Below are positions 48,738 through 59,763 of a stretch of DNA of 64,000 nt, in pieces (within the stretch, counting starts at the first letter, position 1; each line of letters begins with the position of its first letter). Source of the stretch: an uncultured Verrucomicrobiales bacterium (lineage in GTDB: Bacteria; Verrucomicrobiota; Verrucomicrobiia; Verrucomicrobiales; Akkermansiaceae). The position numbers and the translations under genes were made by a program. A model generated the notes under the pieces. The model was not told the origin of the DNA. It ran no database searches and saw only the letters and a list, made by a program, of their open reading frames with translations. The stretch spans positions 13,255 to 77,254 of the forward strand of contig CAKZMG010000213.1 of NCBI GenBank assembly GCA_937128235.1, written 5' to 3'.

Positions 48738-49835
48738 ATGTCTAACAGTATCGACAGACTATTCAAAATCCTTATCGAACAAGGCGGCTCAGACCTCCAC
48801 CTCAGTGAAGGCTACCCACCAAAAATGCGTATCCACGGAGGAGTCTCCCCCATCGAGGGTGAGCCAGTCATGGACCATGAGACCATTAACCAGTATCTCA
48901 TGGGAATTTGTGAAGACGATAACTACGAGAGATTCCTCGAAGAAGGAGACCTTGACTTCGCATACGAAATGGACGTGGAATCCAGATTCCGATGTAATTT
49001 CTACAAACAACAATTTGGTCTAGGTGCCATCTTCCGTCTTATTCCTACAGAAATTGCTACCATCGAGCAACTCGGAATCCCCGAGGTAGTTAAGAATTTT
49101 GCCTCAATTCGTGCCGGGCTAGTCCTCGTGACAGGTCCTACTGGATCTGGTAAGTCCACCACGCTCGCAGCCATCATTGACTACATCAATGACAACTACA
49201 GTAAGCACATCATCACCGTTGAGGAACCTATCGAATTTGTCCACAGAAACAAAAGATGTGTCATCACCCAGCGTGAAGTTCCCACCCACTGTGCCTCCTT
49301 CGCAGATGGTCTCCGTGCCTCACTCCGTGAAGATGCAGAGATCGTGCTAGTGGGAGAGATGCGTGACCTGGAGACTATTTCACTCGCGCTCACGGCAGCG
49401 GAGACAGGAATGCTAGTGTTCGGAACTCTCCACACCAACAACGCGGTGAAGACCATTGACCGTATTATCGACGTTTTCCCTGCGGATCAGCAATCTCAAG
49501 TGCGCACCATGCTCGCGGCATCTATCCAGGGAGTACTCGCTCAGCTGCTCATGAAGCGCTGTGATAAGGTAGGACGAGTGGCGGTAAATGAAATCATGTT
49601 CACCACCCCAGCGGTAGCCGCTATCATCCGTGAAGGTAAAACCCAGAAGCTCAATGATGTCATTACGCAGGGAGCTGAAATGGGCATGCAGTTTATGGAT
49701 GAAGCCATCTGGGATAAGCTTCAAAAAGGAATGGTTTCCCCTGAGGAGGCTTACATGAAAGCGATTGATAAATCCAGATTCAAGAGCTTTCTTCCATCAG
49801 CACTAGCCGCACTAGCAAACTCATCAGGTGGTTAA
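48738..49835 (+). CDS. pilT: Second PilT/PilU-family ATPase
   Basis: GSDLHL, GPTGSGKST, GEMRD, GTLHTN. Confidence 0.9.
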   Translation: MSNSIDRLFKILIEQGGSDLHLSEGYPPKMRIHGGVSPIEGEPVMDHETINQYLMGICEDDNYERFLEEGDLDFAYEMDVESRFRCNFYKQQFGLGAIFRLIPTEIATIEQLGIPEVVKNFASIRAGLVLVTGPTGSGKSTTLAAIIDYINDNYSKHIITVEEPIEFVHRNKRCVITQREVPTHCASFADGLRASLREDAEIVLVGEMRDLETISLALTAAETGMLVFGTLHTNNAVKTIDRIIDVFPADQQSQVRTMLAASIQGVLAQLLMKRCDKVGRVAVNEIMFTTPAVAAIIREGKTQKLNDVITQGAEMGMQFMDEAIWDKLQKGMVSPEEAYMKAIDKSRFKSFLPSALAALANSSGG

Positions 49836-49899
49836 CGATGACCCAAGTCACGATATAAGATTTGTCTATTCACTCATTTCGGGGTAACTTGTAGTAGGT

Positions 49900-50118
49900 A
49901 TGAATACACAAAACGAACAACCTCACCATGAATCTGAGGATCAACTCCGCAGAAGAACCACGCGTTACGTGGGAGCTAAACACTCGCGTAAAAAGAAGTT
50001 TATCGTATTTGTCATTGCTGCTGGAGCATCCGCATTCGGAACTCTTGCTTACCTGAATAAAAGCGCAGACCCCACCACCTGGGAAAGTATGCGGACTGAC
50101 TACAAGAATACTAAATAA
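49900..50118 (+). CDS. Small single-TM hypothetical protein
   Basis: One hydrophobic helix; 11 bp before the DUF4230-like gene. Confidence 0.55.
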   Translation: MNTQNEQPHHESEDQLRRRTTRYVGAKHSRKKKFIVFVIAAGASAFGTLAYLNKSADPTTWESMRTDYKNTK

Positions 50119-50129
50119 TCTCTGTTCAA

Positions 50130-50723
50130 ATGTCAGCAATCAGATTCATCATCCCCCTCGCACTCATCGCTCTGCTCACCATTGGTGGCTTATGGGTGAA
50201 GAAGAATTTCGTAGATGAGCAGAGTTCTACCGTCATCAGTATGGCTCCCACAGTAGAGGAAATAGAATCACTTTCCGAGCTAGTGACAAACCGAATCTAT
50301 GTAGCGGATATCCTCAAAGGATCAAATAAAGACTACGAAGGACTATGGGCAATCAATGGAGACGCTCTCATCACCATCGATCTTTCACAAGCGACCATTT
50401 CAGATAAAAACGAAGAGACAAAAACCGTCACTATCACCCTCCCGCTACCGAAAGTAGTCTCTGCTAGAGTTGATCACGAGCGCACACTGCACGGCGGGAT
50501 CAAAGGAGTCAGATTTGCTCTGCTGAGAAACCCTAAGAACCGGGCAAAAATAGTAGATGATGCGATGAAAGAAGCTCAAGCAGTGATAGAAAAAGCGGCT
50601 AATCGTCCAGAAATTATCGATAATGCCAAGCAACAAGCCAAACTCAATCTTCAGATGCTCTATCTTAAAGTGGGCTGGAACGTCAGCGTGAAATGGCAGG
50701 AATTGGCTGATTTACCTAAGTAA
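50130..50723 (+). CDS. DUF4230-like protein
   Basis: N-terminal TM; ELVT...G...IDLS...ITLPLPKV pattern. Confidence 0.7.
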   Translation: MSAIRFIIPLALIALLTIGGLWVKKNFVDEQSSTVISMAPTVEEIESLSELVTNRIYVADILKGSNKDYEGLWAINGDALITIDLSQATISDKNEETKTVTITLPLPKVVSARVDHERTLHGGIKGVRFALLRNPKNRAKIVDDAMKEAQAVIEKAANRPEIIDNAKQQAKLNLQMLYLKVGWNVSVKWQELADLPK

Positions 50724-50840
50724 ACTTAAAAGTATCTAACTAAAGTTAAAAAAATGTCATTAAAAGGTGGAATCCCCTTGACCTTTTGCCTAGTTGCTGT
50801 ATTTCTTCGCCCCCACAACTAACAAACAATTTTAATAGAT

Positions 50841-51107
50841 ATGGCAAGAGTATGTAGCATTAGAGGTTCCAAGGTCCGCGTAGGACGCAAGATTCACCGT
50901 TCAGGTCTTGCAAAGAAAAAGGGTGGTATTGGACGCCACGTAACTAAGACAGTGAAGCGCAAGGTAACACCAAACCTTCACACTAAAAACATCTTCGTCC
51001 CTGAACTAGGACGCACAGTGAAAGTTAAGCTTAGCGCGAAGGCTCTCAAGACAATCAACAAGAATGGCGCATACGTCACGCTCAAAAAAGCTGGCATCAT
51101 CAAGTAA
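50841..51107 (+). CDS. rpmB: 50S ribosomal protein L28
   Basis: MARVCSIRG...GIGRH...RKVTPNL...VKLSAKALKTI. Confidence 0.96.
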   Translation: MARVCSIRGSKVRVGRKIHRSGLAKKKGGIGRHVTKTVKRKVTPNLHTKNIFVPELGRTVKVKLSAKALKTINKNGAYVTLKKAGIIK

Positions 51108-51133
51108 CCTTTCTTTAGATTAAACAAAATTTC

Positions 51134-51166
51134 AAAACGCAATCTTTAATTAGGTTGCGTTTTTTT
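51134..51166 (+). terminator. Intrinsic terminator after rpmB (possibly bidirectional)
   Basis: aaaacgcaatc / ggttgcgtttt stem followed by a T run. Confidence 0.8.
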
Positions 51167-51170
51167 GTCT

Positions 51171-52460
51171 TTAAAATAACTTCAGTGCAGGATATTTTTC
51201 TGAGATAATTCCCGTAGTCTCTACCTTCAGATATTGCTCCAGTATCGACTTATAAACGGATCTGAAATCAATCTCATAACTAAGTCCTCCGTAGTTTGTG
51301 ATCTTGTCTCCTTTGAGGGCTGGCGGCTTACCAAATATTCCCCCTTTCACCCCTCCTCCGATGACAAACATCGGTGCTGCTGCTCCGTGGTCTGTGCCTT
51401 TCGTGCCGTTCTCGTTGAGCTGGCGACCAAACTCTGAGTAGGTCATCACTGCAACGTCATTAGCTAGCCCGGATGCTTTCATCCTGCCCATGAACGCACG
51501 GAGCGCGTCGGTGATCTCTTTCCATAGTTTCGCATGTTTCGCAGCCTGATTCGAGTGCGTATCGAAGCCACCAATCTTAGCTAGATACACTCTGGTGTCT
51601 CCGCCATTCATGATGAGTTCTGAAATCATGCCTAGTTGCTTTCCTAATCCCGTGCTGGGGAAGCCACCACCACGCTCTTTTACTTCAGCGAGAAACTTCC
51701 TCATCTGATCGGTCGATGTCTGAGTCTCCGCCGCTACATTTCTCACAAAATCAACCTTATTGCCAGACACACCTTTCTGACTTTTCTCAGCCTCCTGCAT
51801 CTTGCGGAATGCAGGATGCATGGACATTTCCTCACCGAGCTTCATAAAGCCAAATGGCTGGCTCTGAAGATCGCTAATACTAGTTCCTGAGAAGGCATTC
51901 CCACGCATCGCGAGCGGGCTACTACCATAATAAGCTCCCACCAGATTACTCTCACCAGCACAATGTTTATCAAAGTATCTTCCCAGCCAACCAGTATGAT
52001 TTCTAATCTCATCTTCACTACCAAGTACCGCATCATCGAGTCCAGACTCCCAGATGGCACCTGATTTAAAATGTGATCTGTTAGGTTGCTCGTAACCAAC
52101 ATTATTGATCACTGCTAAGCTTCCCTCTTGGAAAAGTTCAGTGAAATAATCCATCTCCGTATGGACTCCCAGTCCCTCTGCTGCTTTGACTCCAGTAAAT
52201 TTTAGCACATCAGTTTCCTTGATCGCTATATTTCTGCGAGCCCGATAATACCTGCTATTTCCCCAAGGGACGACCGTATTTAGTCCGTCATTTCCTCCGT
52301 CCAGCTGAATGATGACTAGCGTCTTATGCTTGGCACTAATCCTCGGTAAAAGAGCGGGAGCAGCATTGGCTGAAAAACTTAATAACGAAGGCAGACTGAA
52401 TGAGGCTAACATTCCTGTCTTCATAAATTCTCTGCGGGCTATTTCATTCTTTCTGTTCAT
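51171..52460 (-). CDS. DUF1501-family Tat-signal protein
   Basis: RREFMK leader; LDGGNDGLN, NRSHF, GFDTH, SEFGR, GTDHG. Confidence 0.92.
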   Translation of the reverse strand: MNRKNEIARREFMKTGMLASFSLPSLLSFSANAAPALLPRISAKHKTLVIIQLDGGNDGLNTVVPWGNSRYYRARRNIAIKETDVLKFTGVKAAEGLGVHTEMDYFTELFQEGSLAVINNVGYEQPNRSHFKSGAIWESGLDDAVLGSEDEIRNHTGWLGRYFDKHCAGESNLVGAYYGSSPLAMRGNAFSGTSISDLQSQPFGFMKLGEEMSMHPAFRKMQEAEKSQKGVSGNKVDFVRNVAAETQTSTDQMRKFLAEVKERGGGFPSTGLGKQLGMISELIMNGGDTRVYLAKIGGFDTHSNQAAKHAKLWKEITDALRAFMGRMKASGLANDVAVMTYSEFGRQLNENGTKGTDHGAAAPMFVIGGGVKGGIFGKPPALKGDKITNYGGLSYEIDFRSVYKSILEQYLKVETTGIISEKYPALKLF

Positions 52461-52473
52461 CGGTTTATCCTCT

Positions 52474-53868
52474 CTAACACATTTGGTATTCTGGGGTGCA
52501 CATCATGTAGAGTATAAAAATTTCTACATGTTCTTCACTCTTTACTCTCTTAGCCATCGCTGTGAATAAGTCTGTCTTCTCAGTACTAAGCGATGTACCA
52601 TTAAAATTTTTAATTAACTCATCAAGCCCGCTGTCACTATTCTTACTTAATAAGGAATAGAAATGCTTACTAGCGGAAGCATCCTGAGCTCTCATGACAC
52701 TGTTCATTATCGATGACAACTCATACCTAGCTGAGAGCGTTGTTCCATTGATCCAGGTCATCCCAGCCGACCAACCTGACACATTGGGCGGGTTAAATAA
52801 TGATTGCCCTAAGTTCTGCATCGCATAATAACTCGCCTGTGGATGAATTATCGGTGCTCCTGTTTCTTTGTGAGCTTGCACTAGAAATTGGACTGGAGAT
52901 TTAATTTGCTGCCCCATCACTGATCGATCGTAGAACGCCTTGCTCTGAAAAATATCTTCTAATACATCAGCAACTTTCCATTCAGATTTTCTAAGCTTAT
53001 GAGCCAATAGCTTCACTCTGTCTTCATCAACTATATCCTCACTGACGTAAAATTTCCACAATCGTCTGACCAAAAGCTCTCCACAAACTGGCATATCAAA
53101 GATTGAATCGATCAACTTAGATAATCGCTTTTTCTGATCCGCAAACCCAGAGTTTGCCTCCATTCCCTTGAGGTCTATCTCTTCATATGGCAGTTTATCC
53201 TCTCTGCGTCTGAGCTTAAGTCCTACGATATCGCGAGCAATTTTTTTGATTAATTTAGAAGGGTAATTCCCCTCGCCCAGTGTGAACATCTCTAACAACT
53301 CACGCGCAAAGTTCTCATTCGGATTAATGCGCTTGTTTTTATCAATGTCTAAATACACGACCATCGCAGGATCTAACAAGACACGTTTCACAAGCTCCCG
53401 ATAATCTCCAAATGCAAACTCTCGGAATAACTGATTCTGACGAACCATAAATCCTGCCGACTGCACCTTTGTGTATGAGCTAGTCAACATTCCGTGCCAA
53501 AACAGCACCATTTTTTCCAATGGTCCTCCCCCATCTAGCATTCGCTGCAACCAATGCAACTGGAGCGTAAAGAGCTTCTGCTGATGTCGTTTAAAAAACG
53601 TATCATTCTTCCTTCCTGAGTCAGACTGCTCATTGGGTGATGTCGGAATCTTTTCTAAAAACTGAGGCTCAATTCTTTTTCTAACAGGAGCTGAAGAACT
53701 TCCAGGCTGACGACCATTCAGAATAAGATTCACTGAGGCTTTCAGACCTATATGAAAACATTCCTCTATCTCTTGCCTAGAACCGGAGAATGAAGCACGC
53801 TTGAGCAGATGAGCCGCGTGTTGCCGCGTCCATTCCTTTTTAGTTAATCTCTCCATATCTGTACTCAT
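52474..53868 (-). CDS. DUF1800-family protein
   Basis: AAHLLKRASF, MVLFWH, PNENFARELLEMFTLG, PPNVSGW. Confidence 0.92.
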   Translation of the reverse strand: MSTDMERLTKKEWTRQHAAHLLKRASFSGSRQEIEECFHIGLKASVNLILNGRQPGSSSAPVRKRIEPQFLEKIPTSPNEQSDSGRKNDTFFKRHQQKLFTLQLHWLQRMLDGGGPLEKMVLFWHGMLTSSYTKVQSAGFMVRQNQLFREFAFGDYRELVKRVLLDPAMVVYLDIDKNKRINPNENFARELLEMFTLGEGNYPSKLIKKIARDIVGLKLRRREDKLPYEEIDLKGMEANSGFADQKKRLSKLIDSIFDMPVCGELLVRRLWKFYVSEDIVDEDRVKLLAHKLRKSEWKVADVLEDIFQSKAFYDRSVMGQQIKSPVQFLVQAHKETGAPIIHPQASYYAMQNLGQSLFNPPNVSGWSAGMTWINGTTLSARYELSSIMNSVMRAQDASASKHFYSLLSKNSDSGLDELIKNFNGTSLSTEKTDLFTAMAKRVKSEEHVEIFILYMMCTPEYQMC

Positions 53869-53948
53869 CGGTTTACTCTCACCTACATTATACGCCTATT
53901 CCCTAGAGAGGTTACAAGCAATAATCGGAGCGAAATGAGCCAGATCGA

Positions 53949-54614
53949 CTATTTCTGTGCCTCAATGACAGTCTTTACGGTCTCAGATGAGTCTCCATTC
54001 AGCCCTTCTTGACGATGTAAAATCTTGCCCTTCTTATCTAACACAACAATCACATTGGAATGCGCGAAATCTTTAGGAGTAGTCTTGCGGTATTTTACTC
54101 CCAAGACCACAGCGAGCTCCTGAACCGCATCAGCTTCACCTGAGAGTAATGTCCAGTGCTTAGGATTTAGCTCATTCTCTTTTTCATACTCAGCAAGTCT
54201 CGCAGGTGTATCTACCTCTGGATCTATAGACACAAAGGTAAATCCCACTCTACTCCGTATTTCTGCGGGTAATTCTGATTTAATTTTCAACATATCAGCG
54301 AGCAGTTTAGGACACGCAAATTTGCACGTTGAGTAACCCATTGTCAGCACCTGAACACGTCCACCTAGAGCAGCGAGTTTTTGGTCTTTTCCACGAGCAT
54401 TTCTCCAATCTGACTTTAATTGGTAAATCGAGTCTTCACTAGCTTCCACTGCTTTTGGAGCTTCGCCATGGCAGCAAGGCGGCTCTTTTTCCTCGGCAAC
54501 AATTTCTGCTTTCTCATTATTTGTTTGATCTGCTTTCTTGTCACATGAGTTCAGAAATGCGAAGCATAACATGCTAGAACGAATAGTGATGTTTATTACT
54601 GATTTGTATTTCAT
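53949..54614 (-). CDS. SCO-family copper chaperone
   Basis: CKFACP CxxxC motif, SIDPEVDT, FAHS. Confidence 0.9.
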   Translation of the reverse strand: MKYKSVINITIRSSMLCFAFLNSCDKKADQTNNEKAEIVAEEKEPPCCHGEAPKAVEASEDSIYQLKSDWRNARGKDQKLAALGGRVQVLTMGYSTCKFACPKLLADMLKIKSELPAEIRSRVGFTFVSIDPEVDTPARLAEYEKENELNPKHWTLLSGEADAVQELAVVLGVKYRKTTPKDFAHSNVIVVLDKKGKILHRQEGLNGDSSETVKTVIEAQK

Positions 54615-54618
54615 GTTT

Positions 54619-55446
54619 CTATTGAGTTGTTGATTTTTCTATATCTCTAGCGCAGCGGAATCCTAAGCTAGAGGTGGTGTAGGATCCTTTAAGTGACGAG
54701 CGAAATGCAAAGCGCATGAACGCAGCGTAGTTTCTAACATCTGTAGAACTGACCGCACCTCCTGCACAAAAAAGGTTTCGCTCTAACCCAGAATCACCAC
54801 GAGATTCGCCCGTTACCATCGCATTATTAAAGTCATCATTCCACTCCCATATCAATCCATGCATGGCATATATTCCATAGACGTTTGGCTTAAAAGTAGT
54901 GGCTGAAGGTAAGGTTTTGGGAGCTTTGGCGGCATACCAATTTAAGATCACTTGGGTGTATTTTTCATCTTTGGTTGCGTCTGTTAGAGATTCATTGGCT
55001 CGTGCTACATACTCCCACTCATCCACTGTAGGCAGTCGTTTATTGTGAAATTTAGCGAACGCTCTGGCTGCGAACCATGAAACATTTGTAACTGGACCAT
55101 CGAGTCTAACATTTTTACCCGGGCTCAAATCAGAATCCCAATTTTTCAGATAAGATTTGTCTGCAAATAGCTTAGAAACTTTTGATTTTTGCCAGCGTGG
55201 GTGCTGTTTTACGAACGCTAGATACTGTCGATTCGTGACTGGTAATTTATCGAGCAGAAAAGTAGCCACTTTACGTGGTGTTTTATTCGTTGTGTAAAGA
55301 GGCACATAAGATCCAGCAGGGATTTTTGCCATCTCATCATTGAGGGTGTCCGTTTGAGTAGAATTTTCAGTAGAAAACAACTCCACACTCAACAGCATAA
55401 ATAAGCCGTAAATTAAAAATGCTGAGTGAATGTGAAGTGATTTCAT
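54619..55446 (-). CDS. Formylglycine-generating enzyme (SUMF1)/NirV-like protein
   Basis: PVTNVSWFAA, KRLPTVDEWEY, PNVYG...MHGLIWEW, GFRCA. Confidence 0.88.
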   Translation of the reverse strand: MKSLHIHSAFLIYGLFMLLSVELFSTENSTQTDTLNDEMAKIPAGSYVPLYTTNKTPRKVATFLLDKLPVTNRQYLAFVKQHPRWQKSKVSKLFADKSYLKNWDSDLSPGKNVRLDGPVTNVSWFAARAFAKFHNKRLPTVDEWEYVARANESLTDATKDEKYTQVILNWYAAKAPKTLPSATTFKPNVYGIYAMHGLIWEWNDDFNNAMVTGESRGDSGLERNLFCAGGAVSSTDVRNYAAFMRFAFRSSLKGSYTTSSLGFRCARDIEKSTTQ

Positions 55447-55485
55447 CGTTATGGTTATAGTTTGGATTAGATTTTGATACTATGC

Positions 55486-56994
55486 TTAGTGTCCTCCATC
55501 AGGAGCTTTCACGTCCATAGCGCGTACTTTTTTAACTTCATCTGGGGTTACTTCTGAGCCGTTGTTGCCCCACATGCTGTAAACATAAGTGAGAACATTC
55601 GCCACATCCTCATCGTTGAGTCCTAAGCTAGGCATGATGCTGTTATATTTCTCGCCATTGACAGTGACCTCACCAGATAATCCATGCACCACAGCACTAA
55701 TGGATTTCTCTTTGCTGCCATTGAGGTAATCTGATTTAGCTAGTGGTGGGAATGCAGCGGGAATACCAGCTCCGTTTGCCTGATGACATGCACTGCATAC
55801 TGCAACGTACTTGGTTTTTCCTCTGGCAATACGCTCCTCTTTTGTAGCAGCAGGAGCAGGCTTGCTAGAGTCCTGAGCTATCTCTTGAATCGCTCCACCT
55901 TCTGGTTGATAGATGCGGTCATCAGTCTTACCTGAATAGACTATTTTGTTTTGCTCAGCATCTCCTCCAGTAGCTTTAATCATTCCGATTGCTCCTTTAT
56001 TAAAGGCTCGGAAGATAGAGTGATCTACTAAAATAAATGTGCCTTCAGTGTCTAGAGTAAACTCACACACAGCGCTACCTCCAGCAGGTACAAGTGTGGT
56101 CTGCACATGTTTGTTTGGTGATCCCCAGCCACCTTCGGTGAAGACATTGTCAAAGATCTCACCGATCACGTGGAAGGAAGAAACTAAATTTGGTCCTCCG
56201 TTTCCTACGAAAAGTCTCACCTTGTCACCTACTTCAGCTTGCAGAGCATTGTCACCTGTTAGGGCTCCTACAGAACCATTGAATACAACATAATCTGCAT
56301 CTTCTCTGATCGCTTTCTCCATGCTAAATGGCTGTAATCCTGCCTCACCATATTTTCCTTTAGTATAGAAATCACCCTGCATCACATAGAATTCTTTATC
56401 TACTTTGGGTAAGCCTTCCTTGGGCTCTACTAAAATGAGACCATACATTCCGTTAGCAATGTGCATTCCCACAGGAGCTGTCGCACAGTGATAAACATAG
56501 ATTCCAGGGTTAAGCGCAGTGAATGAAAATACTGACTCGTGTCCCGGCGTAGTGAATGATGCCGCTGCACCACCACCTGGACCAGTCACCGCGTGAAGGT
56601 CAATATTATGTGGCATTTTACTGTCAGGATGGTTCGCAAGATGAAATTCGACTAGATCTCCCTCACGGACACGGATGAACTTTCCAGGAACACTCCCTCC
56701 AAATGTCCAGAATGTGTAGTCCACTCCATCAGCCATTTTCTTCACAACCTCAGTCACCTCCATATTCACAATCACTTTAGTGCGGTGCCTACGCGTGATC
56801 TGTGGTGGAACTTTTGGTGCATCTGTTAGAATAGCAATTTCTTCTCCTTTGATCGGCTCATCAAGGATATTGACCTCTTTTGCAGGAGTCTTCTCTTCTG
56901 ATTTCTTCTGACCTACTGCATCCTCACATGAGACAGGAATCAAGGCTGTCGCTGTAAGTAGAGCTATGCCTAGTAGCTTTTTTGTATGTTTCAT
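55486..56994 (-). CDS. nirK: Copper-containing nitrite reductase with C-terminal cytochrome c domain (lipoprotein)
   Basis: [37 protein letters not shown]; C-terminal CSACH; lipobox PVSC. Confidence 0.95.
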   Translation of the reverse strand: MKHTKKLLGIALLTATALIPVSCEDAVGQKKSEEKTPAKEVNILDEPIKGEEIAILTDAPKVPPQITRRHRTKVIVNMEVTEVVKKMADGVDYTFWTFGGSVPGKFIRVREGDLVEFHLANHPDSKMPHNIDLHAVTGPGGGAAASFTTPGHESVFSFTALNPGIYVYHCATAPVGMHIANGMYGLILVEPKEGLPKVDKEFYVMQGDFYTKGKYGEAGLQPFSMEKAIREDADYVVFNGSVGALTGDNALQAEVGDKVRLFVGNGGPNLVSSFHVIGEIFDNVFTEGGWGSPNKHVQTTLVPAGGSAVCEFTLDTEGTFILVDHSIFRAFNKGAIGMIKATGGDAEQNKIVYSGKTDDRIYQPEGGAIQEIAQDSSKPAPAATKEERIARGKTKYVAVCSACHQANGAGIPAAFPPLAKSDYLNGSKEKSISAVVHGLSGEVTVNGEKYNSIMPSLGLNDEDVANVLTYVYSMWGNNGSEVTPDEVKKVRAMDVKAPDGGH

Positions 56995-57031
56995 AATAAT
57001 TGTAGTTTATGGTTCGTTTGTGTTTGTTGGT

Positions 57032-58309
57032 TTAAAATGAGTAATTTATTTCTATTGATGCCCGAGTAATGTCTGCTTGACCGTTATCGCCCATAAGATG
57101 AGCTAGTTTCAAAATACCTTTAGAAGACTTGCAGAGTTGCTTACTGGCTACGTAATCTAACTCCCAACCAATGCTTGAGCTTAGTTCTTCAGATTGGTAA
57201 TTATGCAAGGACAGCTTGTGGTTTATTCCATACGTCTCGGTTCCTATCCATGCATAGGTATCAATTAATCCATTAGTTGGAGTCGTGAGAAATGCATCTG
57301 CAAATCCGTTGAACTTATGATTCGTCCCTAGGGGAAACAAAAATCTACCACTACCGTCACTTGTCATCATTTCAGATCCTAGACCAAAATGGTAAGCATC
57401 GCGTTTAACAGCCACTTGTCCGCGGAGATAGTAAGCTTGATAATCAACGGGATTGTTTGCGGCATCTTTTTGCACTGCGGCTGTGAAAATATATTGAAGA
57501 TCTCCAATACAGGATTCACTTGATCCGGTTAGCTCCATTCCATAAGTGTTAGATGAGTTGGCAGCAGAGTTAGAAAAATCTAACAGGTAGCTGAACACCT
57601 TTAATTTATGATTTTCAATTCCAGAATATTCCAACTCAAAAAGATGACTATCGCTATCCCATTTCTGCAATCCACGAGATGGTGCCTTCGCTCCAAAAAT
57701 ACGATTAACCTGTGCTAGATAGGCATAGTTGAACTTTAGATTATCGAGTGACGAGTTTTCAAATCTAATCGCATCATAGGTCTGATCATTCTGCCTCCAT
57801 CCTACGTTACCAATGAATCTGTGATCACCGTAATGAATAAGCTGCCGACCAACAGTGAGTTTACTTTGGAATGCTTCTGACTCGTAGCTTAGTTGAACTC
57901 GGTTCAATTGGATATTTTCAGGATCTGCAATGACAGTTCTATTGGATGGTGGATAGCCTGGATATGGTCGATATTTATCACGATCTGTTAGAATGTAAGT
58001 ATTCTCACCCTCCACAAGAAGACTGAATCCACTAAGACTTCTAGTCATGAGACCAACTCTAGTGCGGATTGATCCTAATGTTGATTTATCGAAGCCATTT
58101 GTATCACCTAAATCGTATCGAGCCCGGATTGAGCCAAATGGCTGAAGAAAATCAGCTCGCTCAACTCCAGAAGCGGTTAGATTTTTAGCCGTAATATCCG
58201 CGACTTCACCTGCAGACAACAGAGCAGGAATGAATGCTAGCGTCAGTGTTAATTTACATAACAAATGTTCTGCTCCAACGTGACTTTGGAAATTGTTTTT
58301 CATGATCAC
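57032..58309 (-). CDS. Alginate-export-family outer-membrane beta-barrel
   Basis: VGRQ...RFIGNVGWRQNDQTYDA, GTNHKFNGFAD, C-terminal YSF. Confidence 0.8.
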   Translation of the reverse strand: MIMKNNFQSHVGAEHLLCKLTLTLAFIPALLSAGEVADITAKNLTASGVERADFLQPFGSIRARYDLGDTNGFDKSTLGSIRTRVGLMTRSLSGFSLLVEGENTYILTDRDKYRPYPGYPPSNRTVIADPENIQLNRVQLSYESEAFQSKLTVGRQLIHYGDHRFIGNVGWRQNDQTYDAIRFENSSLDNLKFNYAYLAQVNRIFGAKAPSRGLQKWDSDSHLFELEYSGIENHKLKVFSYLLDFSNSAANSSNTYGMELTGSSESCIGDLQYIFTAAVQKDAANNPVDYQAYYLRGQVAVKRDAYHFGLGSEMMTSDGSGRFLFPLGTNHKFNGFADAFLTTPTNGLIDTYAWIGTETYGINHKLSLHNYQSEELSSSIGWELDYVASKQLCKSSKGILKLAHLMGDNGQADITRASIEINYSF

Positions 58310-58422
58310 ACCCTAGATAAATCTCTTTTCTAAGTAGTGAAAGATAAAACATGTTGGTCACTCACATCCTGCAAAAATAGGCACAAAATATGCGTAAATG
58401 GAAAGGCATTTGTTACGACTCT

Positions 58423-59763
58423 TCATTTAGTCACTTTACTAGTCACCGAGCCTTCTTGGAATTTGGTCGTGATGGTATCGTTGACTGCAACCTTCTTGGC
58501 ATCTTTAATGATGTTTCCATCTGAGTCTAACGTCACTGAGAAGCCGCGAGCAAACACGCTCTCTGGGCCTAACGTTCTGAGCATGGCAGAGAGTTCTGTG
58601 ACATGAGTCTCGTGCTGATTCACTTTATCAACAGCAACAGAGGTAAGTTTTTGCTTCAAATTCTTAAGCTTATCAAACCTACGATCAAGAACCGCCTCAG
58701 GTCTCTGAGCAATCATTCGTAAATAAAGTTCTTGAAGATTACTCGCTCTAGAGCTTACTGACTGGATAACGGCATCATCCATATCTCGTCTGGCTAAAAT
58801 TAGTCTCTGCAGAGGCTCACGCAATACGCGATCAGGCGAACGCGATAAAGCACCCCTACCCATCGCTTGAAGAATGGCATCATGTTTCTCAATCTTAGAA
58901 CTAACAATTCGACTCATCGAGACTGATAATCTTTCTAATTTGTTAGAGAGAGCCTCACCATCTGGAACAACAAGCTCAGCAGCCGCACTTGGAGTGGGTG
59001 CACGCATGTCAGCTACAAAGTCAGAGATGGTGAAATCAATCTCATGTCCTACAGCGGAAACGATAGGAATTTCACAATCATAAATCGCCCTCGCCACCAC
59101 TTCTTCATTAAAATTCCACAGATCTTCGAGTGACCCACCTCCCCTACCAATGATGATGACATCAACATCTGGTAATCCATTTTCGTCCCAGTTCGACCAT
59201 TCATTAATGGCGTGTGCGATTCCCTTCTCCGCACCTTTGCCCTGAACCTGGACAGGATAAAGAATCGGTTGCACCCATGGTGCTCGGCGGGAGAGAACAT
59301 TGAGCATGTCTTGCAATGCAGCACCCGTACCTGATGTGATGAGTCCCACTTTTTTAGGGAATTTGGGAATGGGTAATTTATTATCCTCATCAAATAAGCC
59401 TTCATCTTTGAGCTTAGTTTTAAGTCGATCAAACTTCGCTTGCAGCTCGCCTTCACCAGCCGCTTCTACTTTTCTAACAATAAGCTGCACTGATCCACGA
59501 GCCTCATAAACACTAATTTCTCCAAACAGCTTCACCTGCATTCCATTATCAGGCTGAACTTTCGCATACCTAGCGTTGCCTTTGAATAGCACACAGCTGA
59601 TCTGCGCACCTGCATCTTTTAAAGTAAAATACACATGACCACTAGCTTGTCTCCGGAGATTAGAAATCTCACCTTCCACCCATAATTCACCCAGCTCAAT
59701 CTCTAACAGATTGCGCATTCGTCTAACAAGACGCGTTACAGAAAGTGTTTTCGAGTCACTCAT
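58423..59763 (-). CDS. xseA: Exodeoxyribonuclease VII large subunit
   Basis: VEGEISN...SGHVYFTLKD, GRGGGSLEDLW, GHEIDFT, APTPSAAAE. Confidence 0.97.
   Translation of the reverse strand: MSDSKTLSVTRLVRRMRNLLEIELGELWVEGEISNLRRQASGHVYFTLKDAGAQISCVLFKGNARYAKVQPDNGMQVKLFGEISVYEARGSVQLIVRKVEAAGEGELQAKFDRLKTKLKDEGLFDEDNKLPIPKFPKKVGLITSGTGAALQDMLNVLSRRAPWVQPILYPVQVQGKGAEKGIAHAINEWSNWDENGLPDVDVIIIGRGGGSLEDLWNFNEEVVARAIYDCEIPIVSAVGHEIDFTISDFVADMRAPTPSAAAELVVPDGEALSNKLERLSVSMSRIVSSKIEKHDAILQAMGRGALSRSPDRVLREPLQRLILARRDMDDAVIQSVSSRASNLQELYLRMIAQRPEAVLDRRFDKLKNLKQKLTSVAVDKVNQHETHVTELSAMLRTLGPESVFARGFSVTLDSDGNIIKDAKKVAVNDTITTKFQEGSVTSKVTK

Noticed and set aside
58310-58422. FNR/CRP/NsrR box upstream of the nirK cluster
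   Set aside because: Only a TCACA half-site is seen; no convincing palindrome
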